A stretch of DNA of 64,000 nucleotides from the IMG/VR virus record IMGVR_UViG_3300037042_002125, positions 62,001-126,000 of that record; one strand, written 5' to 3'. The stretch's first letter is position 1, and each line of letters opens with the position of its first letter. Below are positions 17,479 to 27,320 of this stretch, piece after piece. The position numbers were made by a program, and so were the translations under genes. Under the pieces are notes generated by a model that was given only the letters and a program-made list of their open reading frames with translations, ran no database searches and was not told the DNA's origin.

Positions 17479-17841
17479 TTAACCTTTTGTGTTAAGTTGG
17501 ATTGCTTCAAACCGCAGAGAAGAGAGGCAAGGGCAGAGCTCCTGCTCTTCCCTGCAATAGTCGTTGGCTATGTTAGCCTTCGTCTCGGCGTAGTCTCTTG
17601 TAACATCCTGCAGGATGCCTACCGCAACATGCGGTATGACAATAATTCTAGCCACCGCTTTGGCTTCCCTGCGTTTGTAATGAAATACTTCACGCAGGCA
17701 GCGTACCAGCAAGTTATCACAAAAGTGTCCATGGTGACCAACAACCACTAGCCACTTAAGTGGTTCCTTGCTGCTATCCTTAATAGATATGTCAGGTTCC
17801 CTTGGGCGAACCCAAGGGGGATCCTTAACTATTTCAGACAT
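17479..17841 (-). CDS. ClpS-like protease adaptor (divergent)
   Basis: LREVF...EA...TRDYAETKANIANDYCREE aligns by eye to the ClpS core; NDDxT pocket replaced by HHGHF. Confidence 0.65.
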   Translation of the reverse strand: MSEIVKDPPWVRPREPDISIKDSSKEPLKWLVVVGHHGHFCDNLLVRCLREVFHYKRREAKAVARIIVIPHVAVGILQDVTRDYAETKANIANDYCREEQELCPCLSSLRFEAIQLNTKG

Positions 17842-17847
17842 AGGAAC

Positions 17848-18117
17848 TTACTCCTTGTATAGGCCCAAAGCCTTCTCAATAAACAGAACGTCCTCAGGCC
17901 TGCTCTCGACTTTTAAGCCTATGGACTTATCGAACACTTGGACTTCAGTTTTCATGTTAATGAAAAAGAAGCCTGCGCCTATTATGGTGTCAGGTGTAAA
18001 CACTTTGGCAATGTCAGCGTGGCCAACGTGTTCAGGAAACACGACAGCACTAATAGTGCCAAGACCTGTTAGGGGGTTTGCAATATCCCCAACGATGTAC
18101 TTGCCTTTTTGCCACAT
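17848..18117 (-). CDS. hypothetical protein
   Basis: 89-aa ORF with AGGA RBS. Confidence 0.65.
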   Translation of the reverse strand: MWQKGKYIVGDIANPLTGLGTISAVVFPEHVGHADIAKVFTPDTIIGAGFFFINMKTEVQVFDKSIGLKVESRPEDVLFIEKALGLYKE

Positions 18118-18120
18118 AAG

Positions 18121-18306
18121 TTATTCCTTCGGTGGTTTGATTTCTGGGATGCAGATGGCTCGTTTGGATTTCTTGTCACCTTGCTTGTATGGGTAATGCT
18201 TGGCTACCATAGCCTCGCAGACCCTCAAGTTAGGCAGGACAACCGCAGATTCTGGTCGCCACCCACTCATATGGATGTGGATCATCACGATCAAAATTGT
18301 ACCCAT
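18121..18306 (-). CDS. small hypothetical protein
   Basis: 61 aa, hydrophobic N-terminus and two Cys, similar architecture to 776-979; AGGAG RBS. Confidence 0.55.
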   Translation of the reverse strand: MGTILIVMIHIHMSGWRPESAVVLPNLRVCEAMVAKHYPYKQGDKKSKRAICIPEIKPPKE

Positions 18307-18366
18307 ATCTTTCTCCTAAAATGGAAAGAGGGCCGAGGTCCCCTTGCGGGGTTGCCTCAGCCTTAT

Positions 18367-19014
18367 TTACAGGGCAGCGTTCTTGAGACCTGTCAACGGA
18401 CGCACCTTCACGCGGACAAAAGCCGCCTTCGCCTTCTGCTTGACCATCTCGCCGGTAAAGCGGTTCATCACCATCTTGCCACCCTTGCGAGCAGGAATCT
18501 TCTTGGTGACGATACGCAACATACCAGGCAGCACAAACTGACCAACGCCGCGCGGCGCAATGGAGCCAAGCATAAGCTCGTTAAGGCCAGACAACATCTC
18601 ACGCACCGTCGCCTTGTCAGTGTCGGCGCGATCTGCAAGATGCTCGATCAGGCCGGCCTTGGTGAATTTGGTCTTCACTGGTTTGATTGCTTCGACAACC
18701 TTCTTGGCGCGCGGCTTGCGTACAGCGGCCACCTTCGCTTTCGTAGGCTTGCCGGTTTTGGCAACAGTCTTGGCGGCTCGGGCCCTTACTATGCTGGTTG
18801 CTTCGGCCTTCTTGGCCGGAACTTTCTTTGCCGGTGCCTTCTTCGCTGCAGGCTTTGCCGCCGCCGCCGCCGCCGCCGCCGCCGCTTTGGCTTTGGCCAC
18901 AGGCCTGGCCTTCTTGCCGTTCACCTCACCGAAGATGTCCTTCATCACAGATGCCGGAACAGACTTCGAGATACGCGACGTGGTTTTGGATTTGGATTTT
19001 ACGATCTTAGGCAT
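18367..19014 (-). CDS. HU/IHF-family DNA-binding protein with H1-like K/A/P-rich extension
   Basis: C-terminal TKAGLIEHLA...LPG...PARKG...NRFTGE...KVRP HU fold. Confidence 0.88.
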   Translation of the reverse strand: MPKIVKSKSKTTSRISKSVPASVMKDIFGEVNGKKARPVAKAKAAAAAAAAAAKPAAKKAPAKKVPAKKAEATSIVRARAAKTVAKTGKPTKAKVAAVRKPRAKKVVEAIKPVKTKFTKAGLIEHLADRADTDKATVREMLSGLNELMLGSIAPRGVGQFVLPGMLRIVTKKIPARKGGKMVMNRFTGEMVKQKAKAAFVRVKVRPLTGLKNAAL

Positions 19015-19069
19015 AGAGCCTCCTATTTAAAGACAAGTTAAAAGACAAGTTAAAGTGTGGGCGCCCAAA

Positions 19070-19318
19070 TTAGTTGGCCCATATTTCCTTAGCAGCCAGC
19101 GCGAACGCCTTGTCGGCCGTCTTTGCTGTAACCTTACCGGTGCGGTTGCCTGCAACAAACTTGCCGCTGTCTTCGTTGAAGCGAACACGGATCGGAGTTT
19201 GGTTGCGAGTCCTGGCGCTAAACACGCCGCGAGCCTTGCTCGCAAAGCGAACAGATTGAACAGCTTCACCAACGCGAACGTTTTTGACGGTGATTTGGTT
19301 GGATGTGATTTTCGACAT
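19070..19318 (-). CDS. small basic protein
   Basis: 82 aa; first gene after promoter 19391. Confidence 0.65.
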   Translation of the reverse strand: MSKITSNQITVKNVRVGEAVQSVRFASKARGVFSARTRNQTPIRVRFNEDSGKFVAGNRTGKVTAKTADKAFALAAKEIWAN

Positions 19319-19569
19319 ATAAAGCCTCTTGAAAAGTTAAAGTTAAAAACAATATTACCGTTTACGGTCTGCGAAAGGAGTCCGCAGTGTCCGTAGTTCA
19401 TTGTAACATGAAAACGCGCATTTTGCTACCTTTTAGCTGACAAAACACGCAAAATACGCTGGAAATAGCGTTTTCTACAACAAAAGACAGCTTAGACAGC
19501 GTGTTTTCTGCGTTCCTGCACAGTTACAGCGCCACAGCTAGACTAGGTGTAGAACAGGTTAGCTGGCTG

Positions 19570-19806
19570 TTATTGTCTGTTATGTGGGCGTAGTTGCCAG
19601 CCTACCAGCCTAGGGCCGTATTCGATGAACGTCCCAATGGGAGATAGGATCACGTTATACGCTGGCACAGCCTCCATGCTATGACCAAGTCTATGCTTGA
19701 CGCGCATGGTTAAGTCATCTTCTTGTGAAAGGGATTCGTCACGTGGGACAAATCCAGATCGTATTGCAGGCTCAGGGTGTAGGAACAAACTTGTTGAGCT
19801 AATCAT
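19570..19806 (-). CDS. hypothetical protein
   Basis: coupled ORF. Confidence 0.5.
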   Translation of the reverse strand: MISSTSLFLHPEPAIRSGFVPRDESLSQEDDLTMRVKHRLGHSMEAVPAYNVILSPIGTFIEYGPRLVGWQLRPHNRQ

Positions 19807-20138
19807 GCTATCACCTCGTCGAGTATCACTCTCTCAAGCTCGTACTCAAAAGTGTGAGATCTCCCATCATTAGCCCTGTCAACATGCACCAACACAGGGA
19901 AGCAGCCACCGTTGTAAAAACAACCACTAGACAAGTTAGGGCCAATAACTGTCCCAACATATGGCGTGTGGTGGATCCTGCACCGCTTGCCCTGCATTGC
20001 TTCGACTTTAGTAATAGTCTCAGCATCGGGTCCTTGTGAATCAGACTTAAGCTCCTTGACCACATCATGTACAGCGTTCGCTTTATCTGGATTGTTGTTC
20101 AAAGTCTGTAGAAAAATGCCTGCAGTAAATTCGTCCAT
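19803..20138 (-). CDS. hypothetical protein
   Basis: 111-aa ORF with GGAG RBS. Confidence 0.6.
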   Translation of the reverse strand: MDEFTAGIFLQTLNNNPDKANAVHDVVKELKSDSQGPDAETITKVEAMQGKRCRIHHTPYVGTVIGPNLSSGCFYNGGCFPVLVHVDRANDGRSHTFEYELERVILDEVIA

Positions 20139-20139
20139 G

Positions 20140-20814
20140 TCAATCTCCTATGATCTGTTTGGGCATGTGCTTGCAGTAGAAGCACTCATCACCTGCGTAC
20201 TCTGCGCCATTTTGTGAATGATGGTAGGTGGTCCCATCATCGCGTTTTCCCTGCTTGTGGCACATCTTGAGCTGAGTATTAGGGAACAAGTTGTTCACGT
20301 AATCAACAATCCCTTGTCTGTGTGACACAGCCCATCTGCCAAGGCAATTATCTAAACGCCAGTTAATGTAGTGCCCATCGAACTCAGATCGAGGTATCAA
20401 CCAGTTGTTGATGCTCTTGTCCTCTCCCAAGGTATAGTGAGTACCTTCTATGAACTCACGATGCCAATTGTTGTATGGGTTCATTGAACAATCATCGAAG
20501 CGATCCCATTGGCAAGTGTAGAACCAACCGTCGCTACCTTTAGCGCGGTAACCAAAGTGATTATTCTTTGGCTGGTAGTCACCATGAACAAGGCGCTGTT
20601 CCAAGATCGTAAGCTCAACAAAGTATAGGCCAGAGAGCACATTTTTAATAGAAGCACCATCTGGATAGCGTTGGCTAGTAAATATGTCCTTCTCGGCGCA
20701 CAAGATAATGCGCTTGTCACGTAGGAACACTTCGTGTTGGCTTCGGTTGTATGCCTCAATGTCTGCTTCACCGGGTTCCCATGCGTCCCATTGGTACACA
20801 ACTTGATCATTCAT
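20140..20814 (-). CDS. hypothetical protein
   Basis: 224-aa ORF with C-terminal CxxC. Confidence 0.7.
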   Translation of the reverse strand: MNDQVVYQWDAWEPGEADIEAYNRSQHEVFLRDKRIILCAEKDIFTSQRYPDGASIKNVLSGLYFVELTILEQRLVHGDYQPKNNHFGYRAKGSDGWFYTCQWDRFDDCSMNPYNNWHREFIEGTHYTLGEDKSINNWLIPRSEFDGHYINWRLDNCLGRWAVSHRQGIVDYVNNLFPNTQLKMCHKQGKRDDGTTYHHSQNGAEYAGDECFYCKHMPKQIIGD

Positions 20815-21224
20815 AATAACTCCTTTGATTGGTCAATAAAACGTTCCGCGTCATCTGCTGTGACAAACGGCCCATGTGCGACCGCAGTTGGTTTCCAGCC
20901 ATCTGCAGCGAGTACGCCATCGCGTTGACCTTGTAGGTCAAGTTGATGCACTGTTCCATCTGCTTCAACTTCGGCAAGACAATATTTATCTGGTACAGAT
21001 GTATCTGCAAGAAGGTAAAAGCCTCTCTTGCCTAGCATGTCTCGTATGCTTTCGTTCACTGCCGCTTTATGATTAGAGATCCAGAAACGTGCAATCTCGG
21101 CAGCGGAACGCAACTTGCCACGGTGCTTGTCACATAGGGCGTTCTTCTCTTCCTGCGTGTGAGCGTTCCACCAGTGCATTGCCGCATGTAGCTGCTCAAG
21201 ATAAGGCATGTTGTAGATTTTCAT
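20811..21224 (-). CDS. hypothetical protein
   Basis: coupled ORF. Confidence 0.65.
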   Translation of the reverse strand: MKIYNMPYLEQLHAAMHWWNAHTQEEKNALCDKHRGKLRSAAEIARFWISNHKAAVNESIRDMLGKRGFYLLADTSVPDKYCLAEVEADGTVHQLDLQGQRDGVLAADGWKPTAVAHGPFVTADDAERFIDQSKELL

Positions 21225-21787
21225 GTCAGTTTCTCCACTTGAGGACGAATGTAGTCTGTTTCCATGTCCATGCGGCTGAGGTCTACATAGAACTGCTGGC
21301 CGCTGCGACGGTTTACCAAGGTCATTGACCGCAATGCTCGTTCGTTGTCTTTACTGTCGTATCCGTCGTGCATGATGATCCATCCACGCACAAGAGACGT
21401 ACCCATTGAAGATGCGTCATAGTGGAACGGGTTTGCGTATTGAGGCAACAGCGGTAATTCGGTAATGCTGGCCATCACAAACTCGTCACCACGGTTAGTT
21501 GGGTCATCCCAATCTGGTATTGGCTTAGGAGTAACTTGCCCAAGCACCGTAGTTCCATTTGTATCGAAATCGCCGTCGTCACTGTCTTCATGAACGAAGG
21601 TAGCAGCTGTCAACACGCAAAGGGATACGCTGGTGACCGTGACCTGGTTAGGGATGGTGTACTGATATGTAGCTTGTAGGCTAAGCGCCGTTACATCAAG
21701 GTCGCCACAGACCACGTGTAGTGGTACGTCCTTATGGAAGCGAGAGAGAGCGGCGCTCAAATCGCCAACTGTAATAAGAGGATTCAT
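21221..21787 (-). CDS. hypothetical protein
   Basis: coupled ORF. Confidence 0.65.
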   Translation of the reverse strand: MNPLITVGDLSAALSRFHKDVPLHVVCGDLDVTALSLQATYQYTIPNQVTVTSVSLCVLTAATFVHEDSDDGDFDTNGTTVLGQVTPKPIPDWDDPTNRGDEFVMASITELPLLPQYANPFHYDASSMGTSLVRGWIIMHDGYDSKDNERALRSMTLVNRRSGQQFYVDLSRMDMETDYIRPQVEKLT

Positions 21788-22005
21788 GATTCATTTTCCT
21801 TTGGTTGATTATAGGCCTTACGCTCGATGCGCTCACAGAGAAAGTTGACATCGGACTCAGTAATGTTCTCGCCAGGTCCACGTAGCAAGTGTATCGTGCG
21901 GTCGCCGAACCCTGCGTTCGCTGTGCCTCTACGCCAGCGCAAATCAAGTTCGATCAAGGCCGCTACCACAATCCGAACTTCTTTTTCGTTTAGCTTCAGA
22001 ATCAT
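21784..22005 (-). CDS. hypothetical protein
   Basis: ORF with AGGA RBS. Confidence 0.55.
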   Translation of the reverse strand: MILKLNEKEVRIVVAALIELDLRWRRGTANAGFGDRTIHLLRGPGENITESDVNFLCERIERKAYNQPKENES

Positions 22006-22015
22006 GGTCGTCCTT

Positions 22016-22426
22016 TCAGGCGATAACGCCAATGTCAATTGTGAGGCCGTTAGTGGTTAGCCGGATGCGGCCTGTGGCCTTGCTAATGTCAACTGTCAAG
22101 TCTGCCACGCTTGTTGCAGCGTTCATCTTTGATATGCGTGTTTTGCGAATGGGCTTGGTGGATCCTTGGTTATCTGCTCCACCCCCAATAGGGTCCCAGT
22201 CAAAGTCATTGTTGGCGTAACGTACACCCTCGTCTGTCTTGCGTTGAGTGATAAGTCCATTCTTGACCATGCGATGGATCAGAGACTCGAAACCCTTGCG
22301 ACCTGCAGTTTCGACTTTAATAGCCGTCACCAGGCTTGCCATAGACAGAGCGCAGTTATGGGATGCGTTCAGAAAACTTACAACACGGGCGCGCTGTTCG
22401 GCGGCTTGTACAAGATTGCGTGACAT
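22016..22426 (-). CDS. hypothetical protein, possible winged helix
   Basis: LIHRMVKNGLI...Y pattern. Confidence 0.55.
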   Translation of the reverse strand: MSRNLVQAAEQRARVVSFLNASHNCALSMASLVTAIKVETAGRKGFESLIHRMVKNGLITQRKTDEGVRYANNDFDWDPIGGGADNQGSTKPIRKTRISKMNAATSVADLTVDISKATGRIRLTTNGLTIDIGVIA

Positions 22427-22435
22427 AAAGGTTCC

Positions 22436-22858
22436 TTATTGAAGTGTGGTAGATGCTGTGTGCTCGACTGGTGCTACTGTATAACGTGGCACAGGGGTGA
22501 TTAGCTTAGGGCCAAATGTCTTGGACTTAGCTAGAGACGACAGGATTGGGACTTGATCCAGAATAAGTTTACGTGCGGCGTTGTGCGCCGGACTTGCTTT
22601 GGAGTAGCCGTCGATCTTGGCGCGGTACAAGATGTTGATCACCTTAATGCCCCATTTGATGACTGCGTAGAGATTGCCAGTATCACCGCTGTAGACTTCG
22701 GCGTGGGTCGCATCGTACTCGTTGGTCTGCATGTGACGGATTGCATTGCAGACAGCGTTATTGGGATAGGCTGAGTGCGTCACCTTGACCACCACCTCGC
22801 CGCGATAGTAAACACTCATCACAGGACGTGTGGTGTAGATTGTTTGTGCTTTTGCCAT
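22436..22858 (-). CDS. hypothetical protein
   Basis: ATG 22858 with GGAG RBS. Confidence 0.65.
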   Translation of the reverse strand: MAKAQTIYTTRPVMSVYYRGEVVVKVTHSAYPNNAVCNAIRHMQTNEYDATHAEVYSGDTGNLYAVIKWGIKVINILYRAKIDGYSKASPAHNAARKLILDQVPILSSLAKSKTFGPKLITPVPRYTVAPVEHTASTTLQ

Positions 22859-22874
22859 TACGTTTCTCCGATCA

Positions 22875-23381
22875 TTAAGGTGTGAAAATAAACAAGCAAG
22901 AACGGTCCTTGTACCGATACATGCTAACGCGGAACTTAAAGGACTTTCCTGCATAGCCCCATTGAGCAATGTGCGAATAGCTCATGTCCTTCATATGAGC
23001 CAACTCTTTGCGAACTTCAAGGCCACCCATTGCCCTAAGCACTTGCTTCATGGTCAAGTCTAGGAATCGAGCTTCAATCTTCAACACACGAGGCGTCCTT
23101 GTAAAGGGATCTGGCTCTTCTGAACGCATGACCTTGATGGGGTTGGCCTCGATGCGTTGGATAAACACGTCGTACACTCGACGAAGTGTAACAGGCATTT
23201 TTACTTTGGACGTAATCAAACTCTTGTTAGTGCTGTTACCACGTAACAAGTCCAACCGCTTAATACGATCTTGCTCGTCTTCACGCGCAGCTCTGTACTC
23301 ACGTTGTGTTTCTAAGTCTCCTAAAACAACGTGTGCATGGGAACGAGTAGCAACTTTGCGTTTTTTGTTTTGCTGTGCCAT
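22875..23381 (-). CDS. hypothetical protein
   Basis: 168-aa ORF. Confidence 0.65.
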   Translation of the reverse strand: MAQQNKKRKVATRSHAHVVLGDLETQREYRAAREDEQDRIKRLDLLRGNSTNKSLITSKVKMPVTLRRVYDVFIQRIEANPIKVMRSEEPDPFTRTPRVLKIEARFLDLTMKQVLRAMGGLEVRKELAHMKDMSYSHIAQWGYAGKSFKFRVSMYRYKDRSCLFIFTP

Positions 23382-23389
23382 GATAGTTC

Positions 23390-23920
23390 CTAAGCATGTG
23401 ATGAACGGTTGTCGAACTCTCGGGTACTCTCATACCCTTGTGCATTGTTGCGAATCAATGCAAGCGGAATGCCCCCGCCTTTAGATAAAAGGCTCTGTCG
23501 TCTGTACTTATCCCAATCAATGATAGACCATATGTCACCAAAGAGTAAGTAGTTAGAGGCCTCCATGCCTATCATTGATACCAACACACGGCGTTCATCT
23601 TCTGGCAACGAAGATTGAAACTTGTCGTTGTGGTCAGACGACGTCAAGTGGTTTCGGATCTTCAAAGCCTCTATTTCCGCAATTGCTTCTGGCCGCCGTG
23701 TTGTGCCAGTTTGGTCTCGGGTAAGCCAGCCGTTGACCGGTGTAATGTTGACTTCAACCATGCCGTGGGGCTCACCACCCCACACTGGCTTCAACACACG
23801 GTTCCAAGTGTGCCAGTAACCGTCCCACTTGTAAGGACGAGCAATTAAAAGCTGCTCAAACTTTGTAAGAGGACGGTCCGCAAGCTTGGACCAATACTCT
23901 ATTTGATCATGAATTGACAT
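23390..23920 (-). CDS. hypothetical protein
   Basis: 176-aa ORF with GGAG RBS. Confidence 0.7.
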   Translation of the reverse strand: MSIHDQIEYWSKLADRPLTKFEQLLIARPYKWDGYWHTWNRVLKPVWGGEPHGMVEVNITPVNGWLTRDQTGTTRRPEAIAEIEALKIRNHLTSSDHNDKFQSSLPEDERRVLVSMIGMEASNYLLFGDIWSIIDWDKYRRQSLLSKGGGIPLALIRNNAQGYESTREFDNRSSHA

Positions 23921-23937
23921 AACGTATCTCCGGTTGG

Positions 23938-24291
23938 TTAAAAAATAGGCAATGTGCCCAGGAACGAAAAGCCGATGTTGTTAACGGCCAGAACAGAAAA
24001 CTTGTCTGGACCAAAGTCGTTAGCCTTTACCAGAAACAAATCACCTACGCTGGTACTGCGTTGACCCTCCGCCCAGGGCTTGTCGATGTTCTGCGTATTG
24101 CGGAACGCATCTTCAAGAGAGCGGTCAATATCACGCGGCCCCATTGCGTAGACTATTTCGGCAACAGGACTGTATGCCCCTTTGATCTGCGCTTCTGTAG
24201 GCAGTGTAGTGCAGCCACTAAGCATGTCAGAGATCATAGGCTTCTTGTAATGCCACACATGGACTTCGATTCTGTTCAACTTACTCATCAT
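23938..24291 (-). CDS. YodL-like domain protein
   Basis: LEDAF...N...RSTSVGD...GF motif. Confidence 0.55.
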   Translation of the reverse strand: MMSKLNRIEVHVWHYKKPMISDMLSGCTTLPTEAQIKGAYSPVAEIVYAMGPRDIDRSLEDAFRNTQNIDKPWAEGQRSTSVGDLFLVKANDFGPDKFSVLAVNNIGFSFLGTLPIF

Positions 24292-24520
24292 CTTCCTCCT
24301 CGTCTTCGTCTTGATCTGCAAACACAATGTCAAAGCAAACGCCGCACATATTGCTGATGGCGAACTCCTTGACCTCCTCTTCCGTACGCACGTTCTGATC
24401 GTTCGGAACGTTCTTGCAGATGACGCATACAATGCGCTCACGTGCCTCCGTTAATGAGATTCCATGGACTGGCTTGATCAACTCATCAAGCAGTCTTACT
24501 ATCGCAGGGGATTGCGACAT
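24281..24520 (-). CDS. small zinc-binding protein
   Basis: CVIC ... EFAISNMCGVC. Confidence 0.6.
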   Translation of the reverse strand: MSQSPAIVRLLDELIKPVHGISLTEARERIVCVICKNVPNDQNVRTEEEVKEFAISNMCGVCFDIVFADQDEDEEEDDE

Positions 24521-24536
24521 AACGTTTCTCCTTAAG

Positions 24537-24806
24537 TTAGATGCCGAGAACAAAGTGACAGAACTTACCGGTGGTGCGCGAGCGCAACATCTGCTTAAGT
24601 TTTTTCTGGTTCAGGTGGGTGCGGCGTTTCCACATGCGCCAAAACTCAACGCTCTCACGTTCCTGAGAACGCGAAACAAGATCATGGCACTCGCTGGGTG
24701 CATTGAACGCATCAACGTCCTCATGCTGCTCGTGCTCTGCGCGGTGCTTGCTGTAGATTGCACTGGCCAGAGTGCTGGCCGTGTCAGGCTGTAGACGTGT
24801 TGCCAT
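24537..24806 (-). CDS. hypothetical protein
   Basis: ATG with GGAG RBS. Confidence 0.55.
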   Translation of the reverse strand: MATRLQPDTASTLASAIYSKHRAEHEQHEDVDAFNAPSECHDLVSRSQERESVEFWRMWKRRTHLNQKKLKQMLRSRTTGKFCHFVLGI

Positions 24807-24807
24807 G

Positions 24808-25209
24808 TTAGCGGTCTCCTGCAATGTAGCGGTTAAAGTATTCAACCGACTGTTCGTCGAAACCTTCTAGCCGGCCATGCTCGCCATCTTCAAAGTGCTC
24901 GAAGGCCTTACGATCTGCTTCGTCGAATACTTCCTCGCAATATCGAGTAGTAGAACTGGGAACGACCGCATTGTTCCACGAAGAACCAAACATTGGGTCG
25001 TCGTACCTTGGCAGCCAAATCCAGCGACTGTTGTCAGCGTCCCATGCAATGCTTGCCATAAGCAAGTTGAACTGATTCAGCACAAGCCCGATTCCGAGCC
25101 ACGTTTCTTTGTCAACACACAAGGGCATACCTTGGTGTATTACTCGGCACTTGCCGGTGCTGCGAGTAAAAGACATGTAGGTCTCAGGGGTTTTTACTTG
25201 GTACTTCAT
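24808..25209 (-). CDS. hypothetical protein
   Basis: 133-aa ORF with GGAG RBS. Confidence 0.65.
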   Translation of the reverse strand: MKYQVKTPETYMSFTRSTGKCRVIHQGMPLCVDKETWLGIGLVLNQFNLLMASIAWDADNSRWIWLPRYDDPMFGSSWNNAVVPSSTTRYCEEVFDEADRKAFEHFEDGEHGRLEGFDEQSVEYFNRYIAGDR

Positions 25210-25410
25210 AACGTCTCTCCTAAAGTTGAAAACTTAGACCTAGCACCACGCCCAAAAGGCGCGAACGATTTTGCCGATGCGCTGAGTAAACGGCCTGTAC
25301 CAAGGGCTGGACAGGTTAGGCAGGTCGTCGTTGAAATAAGCGCAGGGCTTGAATTGCATTGTGGGGAGTTTGGAGGGTTTCATGATGTGTAAGTTCCTTG
25401 TTTAAGTTGA

Positions 25411-25800
25411 TTACTCGCCGCCACCTGGCGTGAGGTCTAAGTCTGCGCCGTCTGTTGAGCTGGGCATACGCAGGCCTGTCAGCAGGTCAAGGTCACCAGG
25501 TTGCAAGGGCGGAAGCTTTCTAAGTATGTCTGCAATCTTGTCCAATGCCTCTTGTGTTAACAACAGGCCGCTAAGAAGCTGCTCGGCAACTTCGATCGTC
25601 TCAATGCCTGCCAAGGCGTGTTGCAGCTCTCGTATCTGCTTGGCTGCGTTGATTGCAGATACATGCCGCTGCGACGCAGTAAGTATGTCAAACGGAACGT
25701 CTCGTCCCATAACAGGTTCTGCTTTAGGCGCTTTTCTAACTACCATAACATCTCTCCAGTTAGTTAAGTGTATAAACCGTTTATACACTTTTACGGTCAC
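25411..25800 (-). CDS. hypothetical protein
   Basis: ORF after promoter 25819; true start may be the internal ATG following GGAG. Confidence 0.55.
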   Translation of the reverse strand: MTVKVYKRFIHLTNWRDVMVVRKAPKAEPVMGRDVPFDILTASQRHVSAINAAKQIRELQHALAGIETIEVAEQLLSGLLLTQEALDKIADILRKLPPLQPGDLDLLTGLRMPSSTDGADLDLTPGGGE

Positions 25801-26130
25801 TGTTTCTACTCAGCGTGTCCGTAGTTTATTTTAGCAGGAAATCGCGCTTTCTACTGGAGAAATCACCGATTTTAGCAAAAAAGACGCAGAAAAAGCACAT
25901 TTTTGCAGTAGAAAAGCGCAGAAAAGCCCCTGAAATGTTGCTTATTTTAACAGCAGATTTAGGGGCTTTTCAGTGGAGGTCTTGATCATAACGTGGGTCC
26001 GTGTAGGTCGTACCTACTGAGATTACTGGTCCTTATTGTGGTCCAGTAGATTGGTTTGTTCTACGGCGTACATACGGATAAGGGCTGGGAAAGTAAAACA
26101 ATCCCAACCCTTCATCAACTACCAAAAGGT

Positions 26131-26799
26131 TTATTCCCCTTGGCTATCAATAGCAACGGCTTGTATAAGCGGAGCATCTGCCGCAGGGGTTGCAGTCGGT
26201 GCAGGTGCAGTCTCAGGCATAGTCACTGTCGTAACCTCTTCTACTTGCATTGATGGGAAAGCCTGCAAGCTGTCAAGGATAGCCACAACTTGCAGTTGGA
26301 TCGGCACGGCGCCGAACAGCTTCGGATTCTCGCCCTTGCCCGCACGGTCCATGTAGTCAGCTTGGGCTGCGTCGGCTTGCTCCAAGAAGTCAGCGCCTTG
26401 GTCGCTTATGATCACAAAGCCTGTGAACAGAGACGGTGGGAAAATCGTCTTTACTTCAACTACTGGATCAGGCAGTTGAATTTGTTGGCTACCTGCGTCA
26501 AGCTCAGCAAATACGTCTTCTGACTCTGTGTAGGTAACAACAGATTCTTTGGGGATGCAGAAGATGCGGTTCTTCTCACCCTCACCTGGTAGCTTGTACT
26601 CGATGATGTCGATGCGGTCATCTGCGAACAGCTGAGTAACAATGCCTCGGAGGTTAGCGAATTTGACGTCGTCTTCCTCCAAGCCTTCAATCTCACCGAC
26701 CTTGGTCGCGAGGTATGTAGAGATGTCAACAAGCTTGACACCCTTTTTCTTTTCGATGATTTTGACAATAAGTTTGCCAAGTTTTGCTGCGTCTGCCAT
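26131..26799 (-). CDS. hypothetical protein
   Basis: 222-aa ORF downstream of CTGTAAAT motif. Confidence 0.75.
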   Translation of the reverse strand: MADAAKLGKLIVKIIEKKKGVKLVDISTYLATKVGEIEGLEEDDVKFANLRGIVTQLFADDRIDIIEYKLPGEGEKNRIFCIPKESVVTYTESEDVFAELDAGSQQIQLPDPVVEVKTIFPPSLFTGFVIISDQGADFLEQADAAQADYMDRAGKGENPKLFGAVPIQLQVVAILDSLQAFPSMQVEEVTTVTMPETAPAPTATPAADAPLIQAVAIDSQGE

Positions 26800-26870
26800 T
26801 TTGATTTCCTTCGAGTTAAAAATTATTGGTTGGTGGGTACTTAACGAATTTACAGTTTATGAGAAGTGAT

Positions 26871-27293
26871 CTACGATACAAAATCCTCCACGGAGTCTAC
26901 GCCGTCAACTGTACTGATTATCTCTACGTTCTCAAACCTGTCTGGGGGAAAGCCAACGTAGAATCCACTCTTGATATCCAGGAATGCAAAAGCAATCTTG
27001 ACGGGAGGTTTTTCTGCGGCTTCCTTGCCAAATAACGCCAGCGTCATAGCAGGCATTCTCAAGCCTACTTTGCCGCGAAGTCGTTTAGCCTTTGGCACAT
27101 CATCCCAGTGTGGGAACTCTCGATCTGCAGAACCTTTGTCTGGCCCACCATCCTTTTCAAGTGTTTGCTGGGTGACGTTGATAATCACTTGAGCAGCAAA
27201 ATGAACAGGCGCAGGCAATTCATAGTTATTGGAAAAGCAGGTAGCCCAATGTCCTTGTCTTGATTGTATTAGAAATACAGTTGGGGTAGTCAT
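26871..27293 (-). CDS. hypothetical protein
   Basis: 140-aa ORF. Confidence 0.6.
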   Translation of the reverse strand: MTTPTVFLIQSRQGHWATCFSNNYELPAPVHFAAQVIINVTQQTLEKDGGPDKGSADREFPHWDDVPKAKRLRGKVGLRMPAMTLALFGKEAAEKPPVKIAFAFLDIKSGFYVGFPPDRFENVEIISTVDGVDSVEDFVS

Positions 27294-27320
27294 CTTGTAG
27301 ATCCGGAGTTTAGATTGCGA

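Noticed and set aside
18858-18885. (GCC)n microsatellite as a phase-variation switch
   Set aside because: In-frame poly-Ala in the HU extension; length change would not shift the frame.
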